From: a virus
IMG/VR virus record: IMGVR_UViG_3300022907_000007
Span: 1 to 64,000 of that record
Reading direction: 5' to 3' (one strand)
Length of the DNA stretch: 64,000 nt
Shown: positions 36,864 to 46,650 of the stretch, in pieces
Layout of the letters: the number at the start of each line of letters is the position of its first letter
How positions within the stretch are numbered: position 1 is the first letter of the stretch
The notes under the pieces: generated by a model
Seen by the model: the letters and a program-made list of their open reading frames with translations, nothing else
Databases searched by the model: none
Told to the model about the DNA's origin: nothing
Translations under genes and position numbers: made by a program

Positions 36864-37315
36864 TGTCAGGTTACATCGGAAACATCCCAGTACCACAGGC
36901 TACGCAGACTCGTGACAACTTCACAGCCACTGCAAGCCAGACTACCTTTGCTACCTCTGGGTACACTCCGGGCTACCTTGACGTATACCTCAACGGTGTA
37001 CACTTAGACCCTACAGACTACACAGCCGCTAACGGCACTGATGTGGTGTTGGCTACTGGAGCGACTGCAGGTGACGTACTATCAGTGGTGGCATTCACTA
37101 CCTTTGAACTAGCAGGGCCGGCAGGTGCGGGATACTTCCTTGGTGAGAACGGTGCTACTGGCGACACTACGAATGGCCTAGGTGACATCTTCAGGGTGCA
37201 TGAGGATGCCCTTGATACTGCAGTGACCATTGCCGCTAACACCAACGCATCAGCCACTGGCCCACTGACATTGAATGCGACAGTGACGGTCAACGGCACA
37301 CTGACGATTGTATAA
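36863..37315 (+). CDS. Fibre-module adaptor protein
   Basis: YIGN.P, ATASQTTF, DVYLNGV.L..DY motifs. Confidence 0.6.
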   Translation: MSGYIGNIPVPQATQTRDNFTATASQTTFATSGYTPGYLDVYLNGVHLDPTDYTAANGTDVVLATGATAGDVLSVVAFTTFELAGPAGAGYFLGENGATGDTTNGLGDIFRVHEDALDTAVTIAANTNASATGPLTLNATVTVNGTLTIV

Positions 37316-37324
37316 GGAACTGAG

Positions 37325-37867
37325 ATGGCTTCAGAGCTAATCGTACAAACACTCAAGGGGCCAACTAGCGGGGCCAATGCGAACAAGGTGATTATCCCGT
37401 CTGGGCAGACGTTGGATGCGAGTGCGGGTGGTTTTACTCCTGCTAGTGGTCAGATTGTTAATCATGAATATTACACAAATAATACTTATGTAAACAATTC
37501 TACTGAAACTTTTGCAGACCTTTGGAGTGTAACGTACACACCAGTTCTTACTCAAAGTCTTATTTACTTTATGTGGTCTTGCGATATTAGAACATCAAGA
37601 AGTGGCGGGGCGGATACACGAGCGCATTTACGCACTGTTGTAGATGGAGCAGGTTACGCAAATAACTATGATATGTCTCACTACGATTATGGCAATAGTG
37701 GGGCTTGGCATCACATGATGGTTGCAGTGACAAGTTTTAAAAACAATACGGACGGATCGGCTACAACTCATGTATTCCAAGGGCGTACAGCAGGCGGCGC
37801 AGAAGTTGGTATAAGTATAACCGCAACTAATACGAGCTACTTACACGTCATGGAGATCGCAGGATGA
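37325..37867 (+). CDS. Fibre/adhesin paralogue 1 (ends MEIAG)
   Basis: Family pattern shared with next two genes. Confidence 0.6.
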   Translation: MASELIVQTLKGPTSGANANKVIIPSGQTLDASAGGFTPASGQIVNHEYYTNNTYVNNSTETFADLWSVTYTPVLTQSLIYFMWSCDIRTSRSGGADTRAHLRTVVDGAGYANNYDMSHYDYGNSGAWHHMMVAVTSFKNNTDGSATTHVFQGRTAGGAEVGISITATNTSYLHVMEIAG

Positions 37868-38334
37868 CAACACTCTATGTAGACAACATCGCCCCGAATC
37901 TCCAGAGTCGTGTATCAGTGCCGGGTCATGTGATTCAGGTTGTAGGTGCTAATGACATTATTACTGCAACTAACACTAACTCAACAAGTTTTATCGCTAC
38001 GACACTAGCGGCCACAATTACGCCAACAAGTACATCTAGTAAAATTTTAGTTACGGCAACATTTAGTGCTACTCAAGACGGTGGCTCTAATGAACAAGCA
38101 TATGTACAAATTTATCGTGGAGCGTCTAATCTTAGGCCATCAGGCACTCCACAGTTTATGTATGATCATCCCGGTGGCAACGTGGGTTTCAGCGGGACAT
38201 ATATGTTTTATGATTCTCCTGCTACGACATCCGCAACAACTTACACTGTGTATATCAAAGTAAGTGGGTCAGGTTCATTTTTTAGAGCAGTAGCCGGGAC
38301 AGACACCATCACACTCATGGAGATCGCCGGATGA
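37864..38334 (+). CDS. Fibre/adhesin paralogue 2 (ends MEIAG)
   Basis: ITPTSTSSKILV...DSPATTSATTY...ITLMEIAG. Confidence 0.6.
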   Translation: MTTLYVDNIAPNLQSRVSVPGHVIQVVGANDIITATNTNSTSFIATTLAATITPTSTSSKILVTATFSATQDGGSNEQAYVQIYRGASNLRPSGTPQFMYDHPGGNVGFSGTYMFYDSPATTSATTYTVYIKVSGSGSFFRAVAGTDTITLMEIAG

Positions 38335-38870
38335 GCAGTATAATCAAAGTCGATCAAATCCAACTGGCTGATGGCTCGACACCAACTGCGGGTGATCTTG
38401 GGTTGAATGTTACTGGTAGCACTTTACAAACAGTCAACGCTGTTTTTTCTGGTTCAGAAACTTTTTCTTCTGATTCTTACGCAGATACTAGCTTAACGGC
38501 AACTATCACTCCTTCCAGTACAAGCAGTAAAGTGCTTGTTTTAGTGACTCAAAGATTATTAGTTACAGAAGCTCAATCCGGTATTGGTTATGGAAACAAC
38601 TCTAATATGGGATGGAAGGTAGTTAGAGATTCTACAGACCTTATGAACCCCGGTAGCGATAGCGGAGGTAAATACTCTATGGGGTTGGCCGCTTCTGACA
38701 CAAGCAGTGGAAATCTTATGATGACTGCGTATATAAATTATGCATATTTGGATTCACCCGGTAAAGCAACAGCTTGCGTGTACAAAACACAAGCCGCAAA
38801 AGGAACGTCCGGGATGGGTTCCGTTTACACAAGAGATGGATTTATCACCCTAATTGAAATCGCAGGCTAA
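38331..38870 (+). CDS. Fibre/adhesin paralogue 3 (ends IEIAG)
   Basis: ITPSSTSSKVLV...LDSP...ITLIEIAG. Confidence 0.6.
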   Translation: MSSIIKVDQIQLADGSTPTAGDLGLNVTGSTLQTVNAVFSGSETFSSDSYADTSLTATITPSSTSSKVLVLVTQRLLVTEAQSGIGYGNNSNMGWKVVRDSTDLMNPGSDSGGKYSMGLAASDTSSGNLMMTAYINYAYLDSPGKATACVYKTQAAKGTSGMGSVYTRDGFITLIEIAG

Positions 38871-38881
38871 AGGAGAAACAC

Positions 38882-39265
38882 ATGGCAAGCGTATCACAGG
38901 CTTTATCAGAGCTTAATATTACAGAATGGGTTCTCCGTGGAGAGCCTACAACAGAGGCAGAGTTCAACGAAATGTTCCGCAAGGTCACTGGAGCAGACGC
39001 TAATGGTAGTGCCATTGAGTCAGCTAACTCAGCAGACTGGGGCGTAACGTGGACTCAGGTATCAGCCAAGGTCACAGAGCTTACAGCGGCAGAACCGATG
39101 AAGGCATTGCGTGAAGAACGTAACCGCCGAATCGCTGAGACAGACTGGTGGGCATCATCTGATCTGACCATGACTGCTGAACAGACTGCATACCGTCAGG
39201 AACTGCGCGACATCACAAACAGCGCAACATCGCTTGATGACGTAACTTGGCCTACAAAGCCTTAA
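38882..39265 (+). CDS. Tail fibre assembly-like protein spanning the phage A/phage B junction (probably chimeric)
   Basis: Contains the 127-bp repeat; 3' part differs from 128-340. Confidence 0.65.
   Translation: MASVSQALSELNITEWVLRGEPTTEAEFNEMFRKVTGADANGSAIESANSADWGVTWTQVSAKVTELTAAEPMKALREERNRRIAETDWWASSDLTMTAEQTAYRQELRDITNSATSLDDVTWPTKP
38929..39055 (+). repeat. 127-bp exact direct repeat, copy 2
   Basis: Identical to 1-127. Confidence 0.95.
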
Positions 39266-39277
39266 TAGGAGATTGCC

Positions 39278-39784
39278 GTGTCTAAAATAGCTATCAAAGG
39301 TGCTACTACTGGCACTGGCACATTTACTATTGAAAGCCCTGCGACTAACACAGACCGCACACTGACTCTGCCAGATGAGGCGGGGACGGTTGTCACAAAA
39401 AATGGTTCTGGGACGATTGCGTCAACAAATATTTCCGATGGAACAAACAGCACAAGCACTACGAATGTTGTCAAGGGTAGCGCAAAGGCATGGGCTAATT
39501 ACAACGGATCATCTAACACTTTAGATAATAATTACGGAGTAAGTTCTGTAACAGATAATGGTACAGGTGATTTTACATTTAATTTTACAACTGCATTTGC
39601 TAACGCAAATTACGCTGTTTCAGGGGCTGTCGGTAACGATAATAACACGGACACAACAAATACCTGCATACGGCCCGGAGCAAAAACAACATCTTCTTGT
39701 AGAGTAAGTATTAACTATGCATCTGCAGGGACAAATTCTTTATACGATTACAGCGATATAAGCATAGTAATTTTCGGAGACTAA
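39278..39784 (+). CDS. Tail fibre-like protein
   Basis: DRTLTLPD..GT, AKAWANY, VSSVTDNGTGDFTFNF motifs. Confidence 0.65.
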   Translation: MSKIAIKGATTGTGTFTIESPATNTDRTLTLPDEAGTVVTKNGSGTIASTNISDGTNSTSTTNVVKGSAKAWANYNGSSNTLDNNYGVSSVTDNGTGDFTFNFTTAFANANYAVSGAVGNDNNTDTTNTCIRPGAKTTSSCRVSINYASAGTNSLYDYSDISIVIFGD

Positions 39785-39787
39785 GTA

Positions 39788-40030
39788 GTGAATCAACGAA
39801 TTATTTATACAACAGACGAAGGCGATCTTGCGGTAATCATTCCTACGAACGAAGCACTACAAACTCACACTATCCAAGAAATTGCAGAGAAAGACGTACC
39901 GGCAGGAAAGCCATACAAGATCGTCTCAGTGGATGACATCCCATCAGACCGCACTTTCCGCAATGCGTGGACGGTTGACGAGACGACATTGACCGATGGT
40001 GTTGGAGCAGATCGGAGTACGTTTGAATGA
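39788..40030 (+). CDS. Fibre-associated small protein
   Basis: KDVPAG.PY.IV...IPSDRTFRNAW. Confidence 0.6.
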   Translation: MNQRIIYTTDEGDLAVIIPTNEALQTHTIQEIAEKDVPAGKPYKIVSVDDIPSDRTFRNAWTVDETTLTDGVGADRSTFE

Positions 40031-40248
40031 TTACCGTAGACATGACCAAGGCCAAGGCCATAGCACACGAGAAGCGCAGACAGGCACGGGCTGAAGAATT
40101 TGCACCACTGGACATCAAGGCCACAATCCCTACGGAAGCTGATGCGGCTGAAGCGGCTAGACAGATAGTGCGTGATAAGTACGATACAATGCAAACAGCA
40201 ATGGATGCGGCTGAGACACCTGAAGCATTGAAGGAATTATTGCCATGA
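40027..40248 (+). CDS. Fibre-associated small protein
   Basis: ATGA coupling; ITVDMTKAKAIAH..RR.AR. Confidence 0.6.
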   Translation: MITVDMTKAKAIAHEKRRQARAEEFAPLDIKATIPTEADAAEAARQIVRDKYDTMQTAMDAAETPEALKELLP

Positions 40249-41387
40249 GCCAACTCAACGTAGATACAATCAAGAAAGCTGACGGCACAGGCAACCTCAG
40301 TGTCCCTGCTGAGACAGGTACGGTGGTGACCACTTCATCTCCATCGTTGGGGCGCAGGAATCTCATCATCAACGGTGCGATGCAGGTGGCACAGCGTGGG
40401 ACGAGTCAGTCAGGTGTATCTAATACTTCTGGTTACTATGTCTGCGATAGATGGAATGGTGAGGAAACGGGGTTTCAAACTCCTGCGTTTACTATTAGCC
40501 AAGAAACCTCTGTTGTCCCTGACGGATTTGGTGCGGCGTTAAAGTACGATGTTACTACTGCTGACGCAACTTTAGGAGCAGATAATAGTTGGATTATTCA
40601 ACAACGCCTAGAAGGGCAAGACCTTCAAGGATTAAAGTTTGGAACATCATCTGCTCAATCCTTAACATTATCGTTCTGGGTTTACTCTAACAAAACCGGA
40701 ACATGGATTGCTGAACTACAAAACAATGATGCAACAAGACATATCTCTCAAGCGTATACAATCAATTCAGCAAATACTTGGGAACAAAAAACTCTGACGT
40801 TTTCAGGAGATACCACTAGCGGTTTTGACAACGATAACAATGCATCTTTGTATGTAAACTTCTGGCTATATGGCGGGACAAACTTTACCAGTGGAACTTT
40901 AGCAACCTCATGGGCCGCAACTACAAACGCTAATCGTGCAGTAGGACAAGTTAATTTTGCCGACAGTACAGACAACAACTTCTATCTCGCCGGAGTCCAA
41001 CTCGAAGTCGGCTCTGTTGCGACACCTTTCGAGCATCGCTCATACGGGGAGGAGCTTGCGTTGTGTCAGAGGTATTTTTATAGGGCGAGTAGAGGAACAA
41101 TTATTGGTGCTTACATTGATTCAAATCGTATAGATGCAACGATTCATTTCCCTACTACTATGAGGGCTACCCCCACTATAACCGCATCTTCTGGAACAAA
41201 CTACTGGTATGCATATACTGGAGGATCGCCAGATTATTTTAATGCGTGGTCAGGAGCCGGAGGTGCTTCCGTAAACAACGGATCAATGTATGTGAGTAGT
41301 GGAGAAATTTCTGGGCCTGATAACGCAGGGTGTCAAATATCTTTCTCAACTGATGATTCATATTTTCAAGCAGATGCGGAGTTATAA
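40245..41387 (+). CDS. Tail fibre/receptor-binding protein (homologue of 344..1369)
   Basis: Same RNLIINGAMQVAQRG and GVQLEVGSVATPFEHRS blocks. Confidence 0.7.
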   Translation: MSQLNVDTIKKADGTGNLSVPAETGTVVTTSSPSLGRRNLIINGAMQVAQRGTSQSGVSNTSGYYVCDRWNGEETGFQTPAFTISQETSVVPDGFGAALKYDVTTADATLGADNSWIIQQRLEGQDLQGLKFGTSSAQSLTLSFWVYSNKTGTWIAELQNNDATRHISQAYTINSANTWEQKTLTFSGDTTSGFDNDNNASLYVNFWLYGGTNFTSGTLATSWAATTNANRAVGQVNFADSTDNNFYLAGVQLEVGSVATPFEHRSYGEELALCQRYFYRASRGTIIGAYIDSNRIDATIHFPTTMRATPTITASSGTNYWYAYTGGSPDYFNAWSGAGGASVNNGSMYVSSGEISGPDNAGCQISFSTDDSYFQADAEL

Positions 41388-41582
41388 ATGGAATCTATGG
41401 ACATTACATCAGCTAAATATGTAAACGATCCTGCTAATATTAAAGCAGTGTCAATTACTGCCACGATTGACGGTGATACTTTGTTTGTCCCACTCGATCC
41501 CGCAAACCGCCACTACGCAGAAATCATGCGTCAGGTTGAGGCGGGTGAGCTAACCATACAAGAAGCAGATGCTGTAGAATAG
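41388..41582 (+). CDS. Small fibre-associated protein
   Basis: Homologue of 1378..1566. Confidence 0.6.
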   Translation: MESMDITSAKYVNDPANIKAVSITATIDGDTLFVPLDPANRHYAEIMRQVEAGELTIQEADAVE

Positions 41583-41606
41583 GCAAAGGATTCAGAGGAT
41601 TAAGTA

Positions 41607-42143
41607 ATGGCAGATACCACAACCACTACCTACGGCCTAACCAAGCCAGAGCTTGGAGCCAGTGAGAACACATGGGGCCAGAAACTCAATAGTAATTTGG
41701 ATAGTATTGACGATCTACTCGATGGAACAACTGCCATCGCGCCTAATTTGACAGCGGGATCGTGGCAAGTCGGCGGTACTGCAGTTACATCGACTGCGGC
41801 AGAGCTAAACATCCTTGATGGTGTTACTGCTACATCGGCAGAGTTGAACGCTCTGGATGGCATCACAGCAACTGTCACAGAGCTTAACTACACAGACGGT
41901 GTTACATCAGCCATTCAGACACAGTTAGATGCCAAGGCTCCGCTAGCGTCTCCTGCGCTAACAGGAACGCCAACAGCGCCTACAGCATCGGCGGGGACAA
42001 ACAACACGCAGGTTGCAACTACCGCTTATGTAGACACTGCGGTTGGAGCTATCCCTGCTCTTGAATACGCAACACAGACAACAATTGGTGGCGTGAGAGC
42101 GTACACATCAGGTAGCAATCTTTACATCTTCCTGAGCGCATAA
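41607..42143 (+). CDS. Tail fibre anchor-like protein
   Basis: YGLTKPE.GAS..TWG.KLN; TAAELN.LDG repeats; GTPTAPTA motif. Confidence 0.65.
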   Translation: MADTTTTTYGLTKPELGASENTWGQKLNSNLDSIDDLLDGTTAIAPNLTAGSWQVGGTAVTSTAAELNILDGVTATSAELNALDGITATVTELNYTDGVTSAIQTQLDAKAPLASPALTGTPTAPTASAGTNNTQVATTAYVDTAVGAIPALEYATQTTIGGVRAYTSGSNLYIFLSA

Positions 42144-42145
42144 TC

Positions 42146-42592
42146 ATGGCCTTATATGTAGATGGCACTGAGTATAAATGGTACGAGAAGACCATCTCTG
42201 TCGATGGATCGACTCTTAGTAGCCCAGATAGCCCCGGAGATATTTATGTCGGCGGCACAAAAGTATTTGGGCTTACTGGGTTTAGTTCTGAGACAACAAT
42301 AATGTCTGGTGGACTAGCCCCTGACTCTGCTGATATTGAAAACATGCTATCTACGTTTCAATCCTTAGACGCATTTCATTCTCAAGGATATACGCAGGGG
42401 CCGGGTACAGACACAACCTATACTGTCTACGTTAAAGAAGGTTACAGGGTGGTGTCATCCGATGGCACTTTCACTGGCACAGCATCTCCGGGGACTCAGG
42501 TTAACTTTTATTCTGGGCGAACAGTGACTGGTATTAATACATCTCACAATGGCGGCACAAGTTTTACTGTGCGCCGTGACAATGGAGTTTAA
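42146..42592 (+). CDS. Virion accessory protein (homologue of 6365..6823)
   Basis: Full-length similarity. Confidence 0.6.
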   Translation: MALYVDGTEYKWYEKTISVDGSTLSSPDSPGDIYVGGTKVFGLTGFSSETTIMSGGLAPDSADIENMLSTFQSLDAFHSQGYTQGPGTDTTYTVYVKEGYRVVSSDGTFTGTASPGTQVNFYSGRTVTGINTSHNGGTSFTVRRDNGV

Positions 42593-42594
42593 CA

Positions 42595-44073
42595 ATGCCA
42601 CTGATACCACTCCAGTTGAAGCCGGGCATGTATCGCAACGGCACAGAGTACGAGCAGTCTAATCGTTGGAGAGATGGCTCGTTAGTGCGTTGGTCAGAAG
42701 GCTCATTGCGCCCAGTAGGCGGTTGGACTGCGTTCACAACTGCCGCTGTTAATGCGGCCCCGAGAGGCATGCATGGATGGCGTGCTAATGACGACTCAAA
42801 CAACATTGCTGTCGGAACGTACAACAAGCTGTACTACATTTCATCTTCAGGAACTCTCACAGATATCACTCCTGTAGGGATAACTGCCGGGCGTGAGGAT
42901 GCAACTCAAAATACTGGGTACAGCGGCGGTTATTACAATGTTGGAACGTACTCGACTCCGCGCACACCAACAGCTACTTACCTTCCGGCTACAACGTGGG
43001 CAATCGACAACTGGGGTGAATACCTCGTTGCCTGTTCTATTGATGACGGCAAGATTTACGAGTGGCAGTTGAATACATCGAATCCTGCGGCAGTGATCAC
43101 TAACGCCCCGGTCAACAACAGATCAATGGTTGTGACAGAAGAGCGGTTCATCTTTGCTCTTGGCGCAGATGGCAATCCTCGTAAGGTTTCATGGTGTGAC
43201 CGAGAAGACAACACCACTTGGACTCCTGCGGCAACCAACGAGGCAGGTGATCTAGAGCTACAGACTTCTGGATCGATCATGACAGCGACTCGTGTACGAG
43301 GCCGCACACTGATCCTGACAGACACAGATGCTCACATCGCTACTTATCAAGGGCCGCCTTATGTCTACGGCTTTGAGCGCATTGGTTCAGCGTGTGGCAC
43401 TGACTCACCAAACTCACTGGTAGCGGTTGACCAGTTTGCATTCTGGATGGGGCAGAAAGGCTTCTTCATGTTCAACGGGTCTGTACCTACAGAGTTGAAC
43501 TGTGACGTATCCGACTATGTATTCCGGGATATCAACACAAACCAAATATCTAAGGTCTATGGCGTTCACAACTCGCGGTACTCAGAGATCTGGTGGTTCT
43601 ACCCATCGGAAGACTCAGTAGAGAATAATCGCTATGTGACCTTTGACTACAAGGATCAGATCTGGACGTTTGGCAACCTATCCCGCACAGCGGCGATCGA
43701 CACCGGCATTCTCAGATACCCAGTGTGGACGACTTCAGATGGATACCTGTACTTCCATGAGTACGGCTTCAATCATCAAGGCGACACCACGTTCGTTGAG
43801 TCTGGGCCGATCAGCCTAGGCAATGGCGACACAGTCATGAAGGTCAACCAGTTAGTCCCTGATGAACTCAATCAGGGTGACGTAACGGCTAAGTTTAAGA
43901 CTCGATTCCATCCTAACGACACAGAGCGTGAGTATGGGCCGTACACAATGGCTAACCCAACATCTGTACGGTTTACCGGCAGGCAGATGCGGATGCGGCT
44001 AGAGACAACAGTCAACTCAGACTGGCGAGCAGGCATTATGCGGGTCAAGGCAACCCCAGGCGGTGAGAGATGA
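42595..44073 (+). CDS. Tail nozzle/stabilisation-like protein
   Basis: 492 aa Trp-rich beta protein; EIWWFYPS motif; synteny. Confidence 0.55.
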   Translation: MPLIPLQLKPGMYRNGTEYEQSNRWRDGSLVRWSEGSLRPVGGWTAFTTAAVNAAPRGMHGWRANDDSNNIAVGTYNKLYYISSSGTLTDITPVGITAGREDATQNTGYSGGYYNVGTYSTPRTPTATYLPATTWAIDNWGEYLVACSIDDGKIYEWQLNTSNPAAVITNAPVNNRSMVVTEERFIFALGADGNPRKVSWCDREDNTTWTPAATNEAGDLELQTSGSIMTATRVRGRTLILTDTDAHIATYQGPPYVYGFERIGSACGTDSPNSLVAVDQFAFWMGQKGFFMFNGSVPTELNCDVSDYVFRDINTNQISKVYGVHNSRYSEIWWFYPSEDSVENNRYVTFDYKDQIWTFGNLSRTAAIDTGILRYPVWTTSDGYLYFHEYGFNHQGDTTFVESGPISLGNGDTVMKVNQLVPDELNQGDVTAKFKTRFHPNDTEREYGPYTMANPTSVRFTGRQMRMRLETTVNSDWRAGIMRVKATPGGER

Positions 44074-44729
44074 TTAAGCCGCCTCCTCCACTCGGTGACT
44101 TATGGACAGAGTGGGGCGAACGCCTCAACACTTATCTCGTTCGTTTCATGAACCGCATCCAGTTCAAGCAGGCAGATGACTCTGCAAGCGATGACGGCGT
44201 GTTCTTGTGGGATCGAGAAATCAATCAGCCGGTTGTCTCGTACAACAACGAATGGGTTCCACTGGCGTACAGCTACAATAGCTTTGGCGCGTTTTACACG
44301 TTAACAACTCAGGCCGCTACAACGATCAACACAGCTACAGCAATCACATGGGGCAACACGGCGGTTGCAAGTGGTATGGCGGTAGATGGTGCAGTAACAA
44401 GTAGAATAAATTTCAGCAGAGCAGGCACATATGAAATTCACTTTTCCGCCGAGATGCATTCGGAAAGTGCATCAGCTAAAACCATGTACATGTGGCCGCG
44501 TATCAACGGCACTGATGTGTCGGGTTCGACAATGGTTAACGTCATTACCGCAAACGATCAGCGTAAGACTGTCTCACGCACTGGTCTATTCCAAGTGGAG
44601 AGCGGTGATTACTTGGAAGCTATGTTCGCTGTGGATGACCTTGACCTTGACCTTCATGGGATTGCGGCTACGGCGTTTTGCCCGGCAAGTCCAAGTGTCA
44701 CACTGGTAATCACTGAGGTGACTGTATGA
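44070..44729 (+). CDS. Virion protein with C-terminal beta-sandwich (BclA/C1q-like)
   Basis: AGTYEIHFS, GDYLE patterns. Confidence 0.45.
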   Translation: MIKPPPPLGDLWTEWGERLNTYLVRFMNRIQFKQADDSASDDGVFLWDREINQPVVSYNNEWVPLAYSYNSFGAFYTLTTQAATTINTATAITWGNTAVASGMAVDGAVTSRINFSRAGTYEIHFSAEMHSESASAKTMYMWPRINGTDVSGSTMVNVITANDQRKTVSRTGLFQVESGDYLEAMFAVDDLDLDLHGIAATAFCPASPSVTLVITEVTV

Positions 44730-45133
44730 CTTACGGACATAACCTAGCCCAACAACTACCGATGGAAGACATCATGATGCTAGAACTCGATCGCTGTCGT
44801 CAGTGGATCGAAAACGCGCTGATGTACTCAGGAGGCACACACGAGTTCATTGATATCGTGAATGGCGTGTTATCAGGTACAATGCAACTGTGGGCCGGTG
44901 AGCGTGGATGTGCGGTGACAGAGATCACTGTTTACCCACGCAAAAAGATTTTGCATGTGTTCCTAGCAGGCGGAGATATGGAACAAATCCTTGATTTTCA
45001 GGAATCTGCCGCAGAATTTGCTAGAATAAACAAATGCGACAGTATGACCATAGCAGGTAGGCGTGGTTGGACACGAGTTTTAGACAAGCACGACTGGGAA
45101 GAGTCGTTCTGTGTAATGAGCAAGGAGTTATAA
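44726..45133 (+). CDS. GNAT-like tail-module protein
   Basis: LHVFLAGG...A...C...IAGRRGW.RVL. Confidence 0.5.
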   Translation: MTYGHNLAQQLPMEDIMMLELDRCRQWIENALMYSGGTHEFIDIVNGVLSGTMQLWAGERGCAVTEITVYPRKKILHVFLAGGDMEQILDFQESAAEFARINKCDSMTIAGRRGWTRVLDKHDWEESFCVMSKEL

Positions 45134-45508
45134 ATGGGCGGCGGCGGCGGAAAAGGCGGAAGCCAAACACAGCAGGTTGAGATTCCAAAGTGGATTGAAG
45201 ATCCTGCAACGCGAAATCTGGCACGAGCGGAAGAGGCTCAGAAGATCCCTTACATGCCATTTTATGGTGCTGATGTTGCGGCGTTTACCCCAACTCAGAC
45301 AGCGGCAATGCAGGGCCAGTACGACACTGCGGCGGCATTCGGTTTAGTTCCACAGGGCGGCGATGTAGCGGCAGGTATGCCACAAGCACAACAGTACGCA
45401 GGTGGTTTCATGGGCTACTCATCAGCCCCAATGTATGAGCAAGCACTGGCCGAGCTAGAGGCTCGCAACCCAGAAGCCGTTGCTCAGTACAACAAGATGT
45501 TTGTGTAG
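45134..45508 (+). CDS. Internal virion protein
   Basis: MGGGGGKGG N-terminus, Y.G..VA.FTP.Q. Confidence 0.5.
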   Translation: MGGGGGKGGSQTQQVEIPKWIEDPATRNLARAEEAQKIPYMPFYGADVAAFTPTQTAAMQGQYDTAAAFGLVPQGGDVAAGMPQAQQYAGGFMGYSSAPMYEQALAELEARNPEAVAQYNKMFV

Positions 45509-45517
45509 GAGATAACG

Positions 45518-46213
45518 ATGGCAGGCGCACCACAGGGCGGAGGTCAGACCGCAACTCCCAATATCAACCAAGCGGCGGCTCAAGGCATTTACGGCGCAGG
45601 AATGGGTACTGCGGCAGGCATGGGGTTCGATCCCGGCACACTAGCCCAGACTGACATCAGCCAGTACCAAAACCCATTCACCGAGCAAGTCATCAAAGCG
45701 AACGAAGCAGATATCCTGCGCGGCGCTCAGATGGGCATGAACGAGCTAGGCGCTCAAGCATCTCGTGCAGGCGCTTTCGGTGGTTCGCGGCAGGGTGTCG
45801 CAGAAGCAGAGATGGGACGCAACGTGCTTCAGCAGTTAGCCCAGTCATCTGCAGGCTTACGTCAGCAAGGGTTTACCACTGCACAGCAAATGGCACAGCA
45901 GGACATCCAGAACCGCATGATGGGTCAGACGGCTCGCACTGGAGCGGCAGGTCAGCTAGCAAACATCGCACAGACTGGTTTTGGTATGGGTCAGCAAGCA
46001 CTCGCAGGTCTACAGCAGACTGGAGCGCAACAGCAGGCTCTACAGCAGGCGCTTATCGATGCGGCAAAGGGTCAGTACGCAGGTTACGTTGGACAGCCAC
46101 AGCAGTCGATTGGTTACGTCTCTCAAGCTCTTGGTGCGACACCAGTACCTCAGACTACGACTACATCAAAACAGCCGGGTCTATTCGATTACCTCACACT
46201 AGCGTTGGCGTAA
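45518..46213 (+). CDS. Internal virion (ejection) protein
   Basis: YQNPFTEQVI, AGAFGGSRQGV; Gln/Ala/Gly-rich. Confidence 0.6.
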   Translation: MAGAPQGGGQTATPNINQAAAQGIYGAGMGTAAGMGFDPGTLAQTDISQYQNPFTEQVIKANEADILRGAQMGMNELGAQASRAGAFGGSRQGVAEAEMGRNVLQQLAQSSAGLRQQGFTTAQQMAQQDIQNRMMGQTARTGAAGQLANIAQTGFGMGQQALAGLQQTGAQQQALQQALIDAAKGQYAGYVGQPQQSIGYVSQALGATPVPQTTTTSKQPGLFDYLTLALA

Positions 46214-46217
46214 TACT

Positions 46218-46640
46218 ATGTTGATGGATGCACTAGACAGTTACCTCTCGGCAAAAGATGAAGAATCTAAGTTGAGAAGGCAGATGGCCGCAGGCGGAGA
46301 TACTGGAGATGTAGCAGGCGCAAACTCGATGAGTGCGGCTGACGCTCAGCGGTTACAAAATCTGCAAGCGACAACTCAGCAAAACTTTTTAGAGCATCTA
46401 GGCACAACATTAGGCGCTCGCATGTTAGGTAAGACAGGATTAGATGCATTTGGCGTAGGTCAGGGCAATCAGGCAATGCAGAACGCAATGGCGTATCAGC
46501 AATATCAGCGCCCAGAAATGTTAGCCGCAGGATCTACAGACGGCCTGACAGGCGCTCTCAACGTCCCATCATCAGGAGGCGGCGATAAAAGCAACCTCAA
46601 GAAGATGATCGACATGTACAAGATGATGCAGGCAGGGTAA
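46218..46640 (+). CDS. Hypothetical (internal virion) protein
   Basis: Synteny, composition. Confidence 0.45.
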   Translation: MLMDALDSYLSAKDEESKLRRQMAAGGDTGDVAGANSMSAADAQRLQNLQATTQQNFLEHLGTTLGARMLGKTGLDAFGVGQGNQAMQNAMAYQQYQRPEMLAAGSTDGLTGALNVPSSGGGDKSNLKKMIDMYKMMQAG

Positions 46641-46650
46641 GGCATAAGTT

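Larger units (their letters stand above)
1..38928. mobile_element. Phage A, apparently complete circularised podovirus-like genome (T7-like replisome, no RNA polymerase recognised)
   Basis: One full set of TerS/TerL, portal, scaffold, MCP, tail, PolA and primase-helicase genes; sequence closes on itself through the repeat 1-127 = 38929-39055. Confidence 0.85.
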
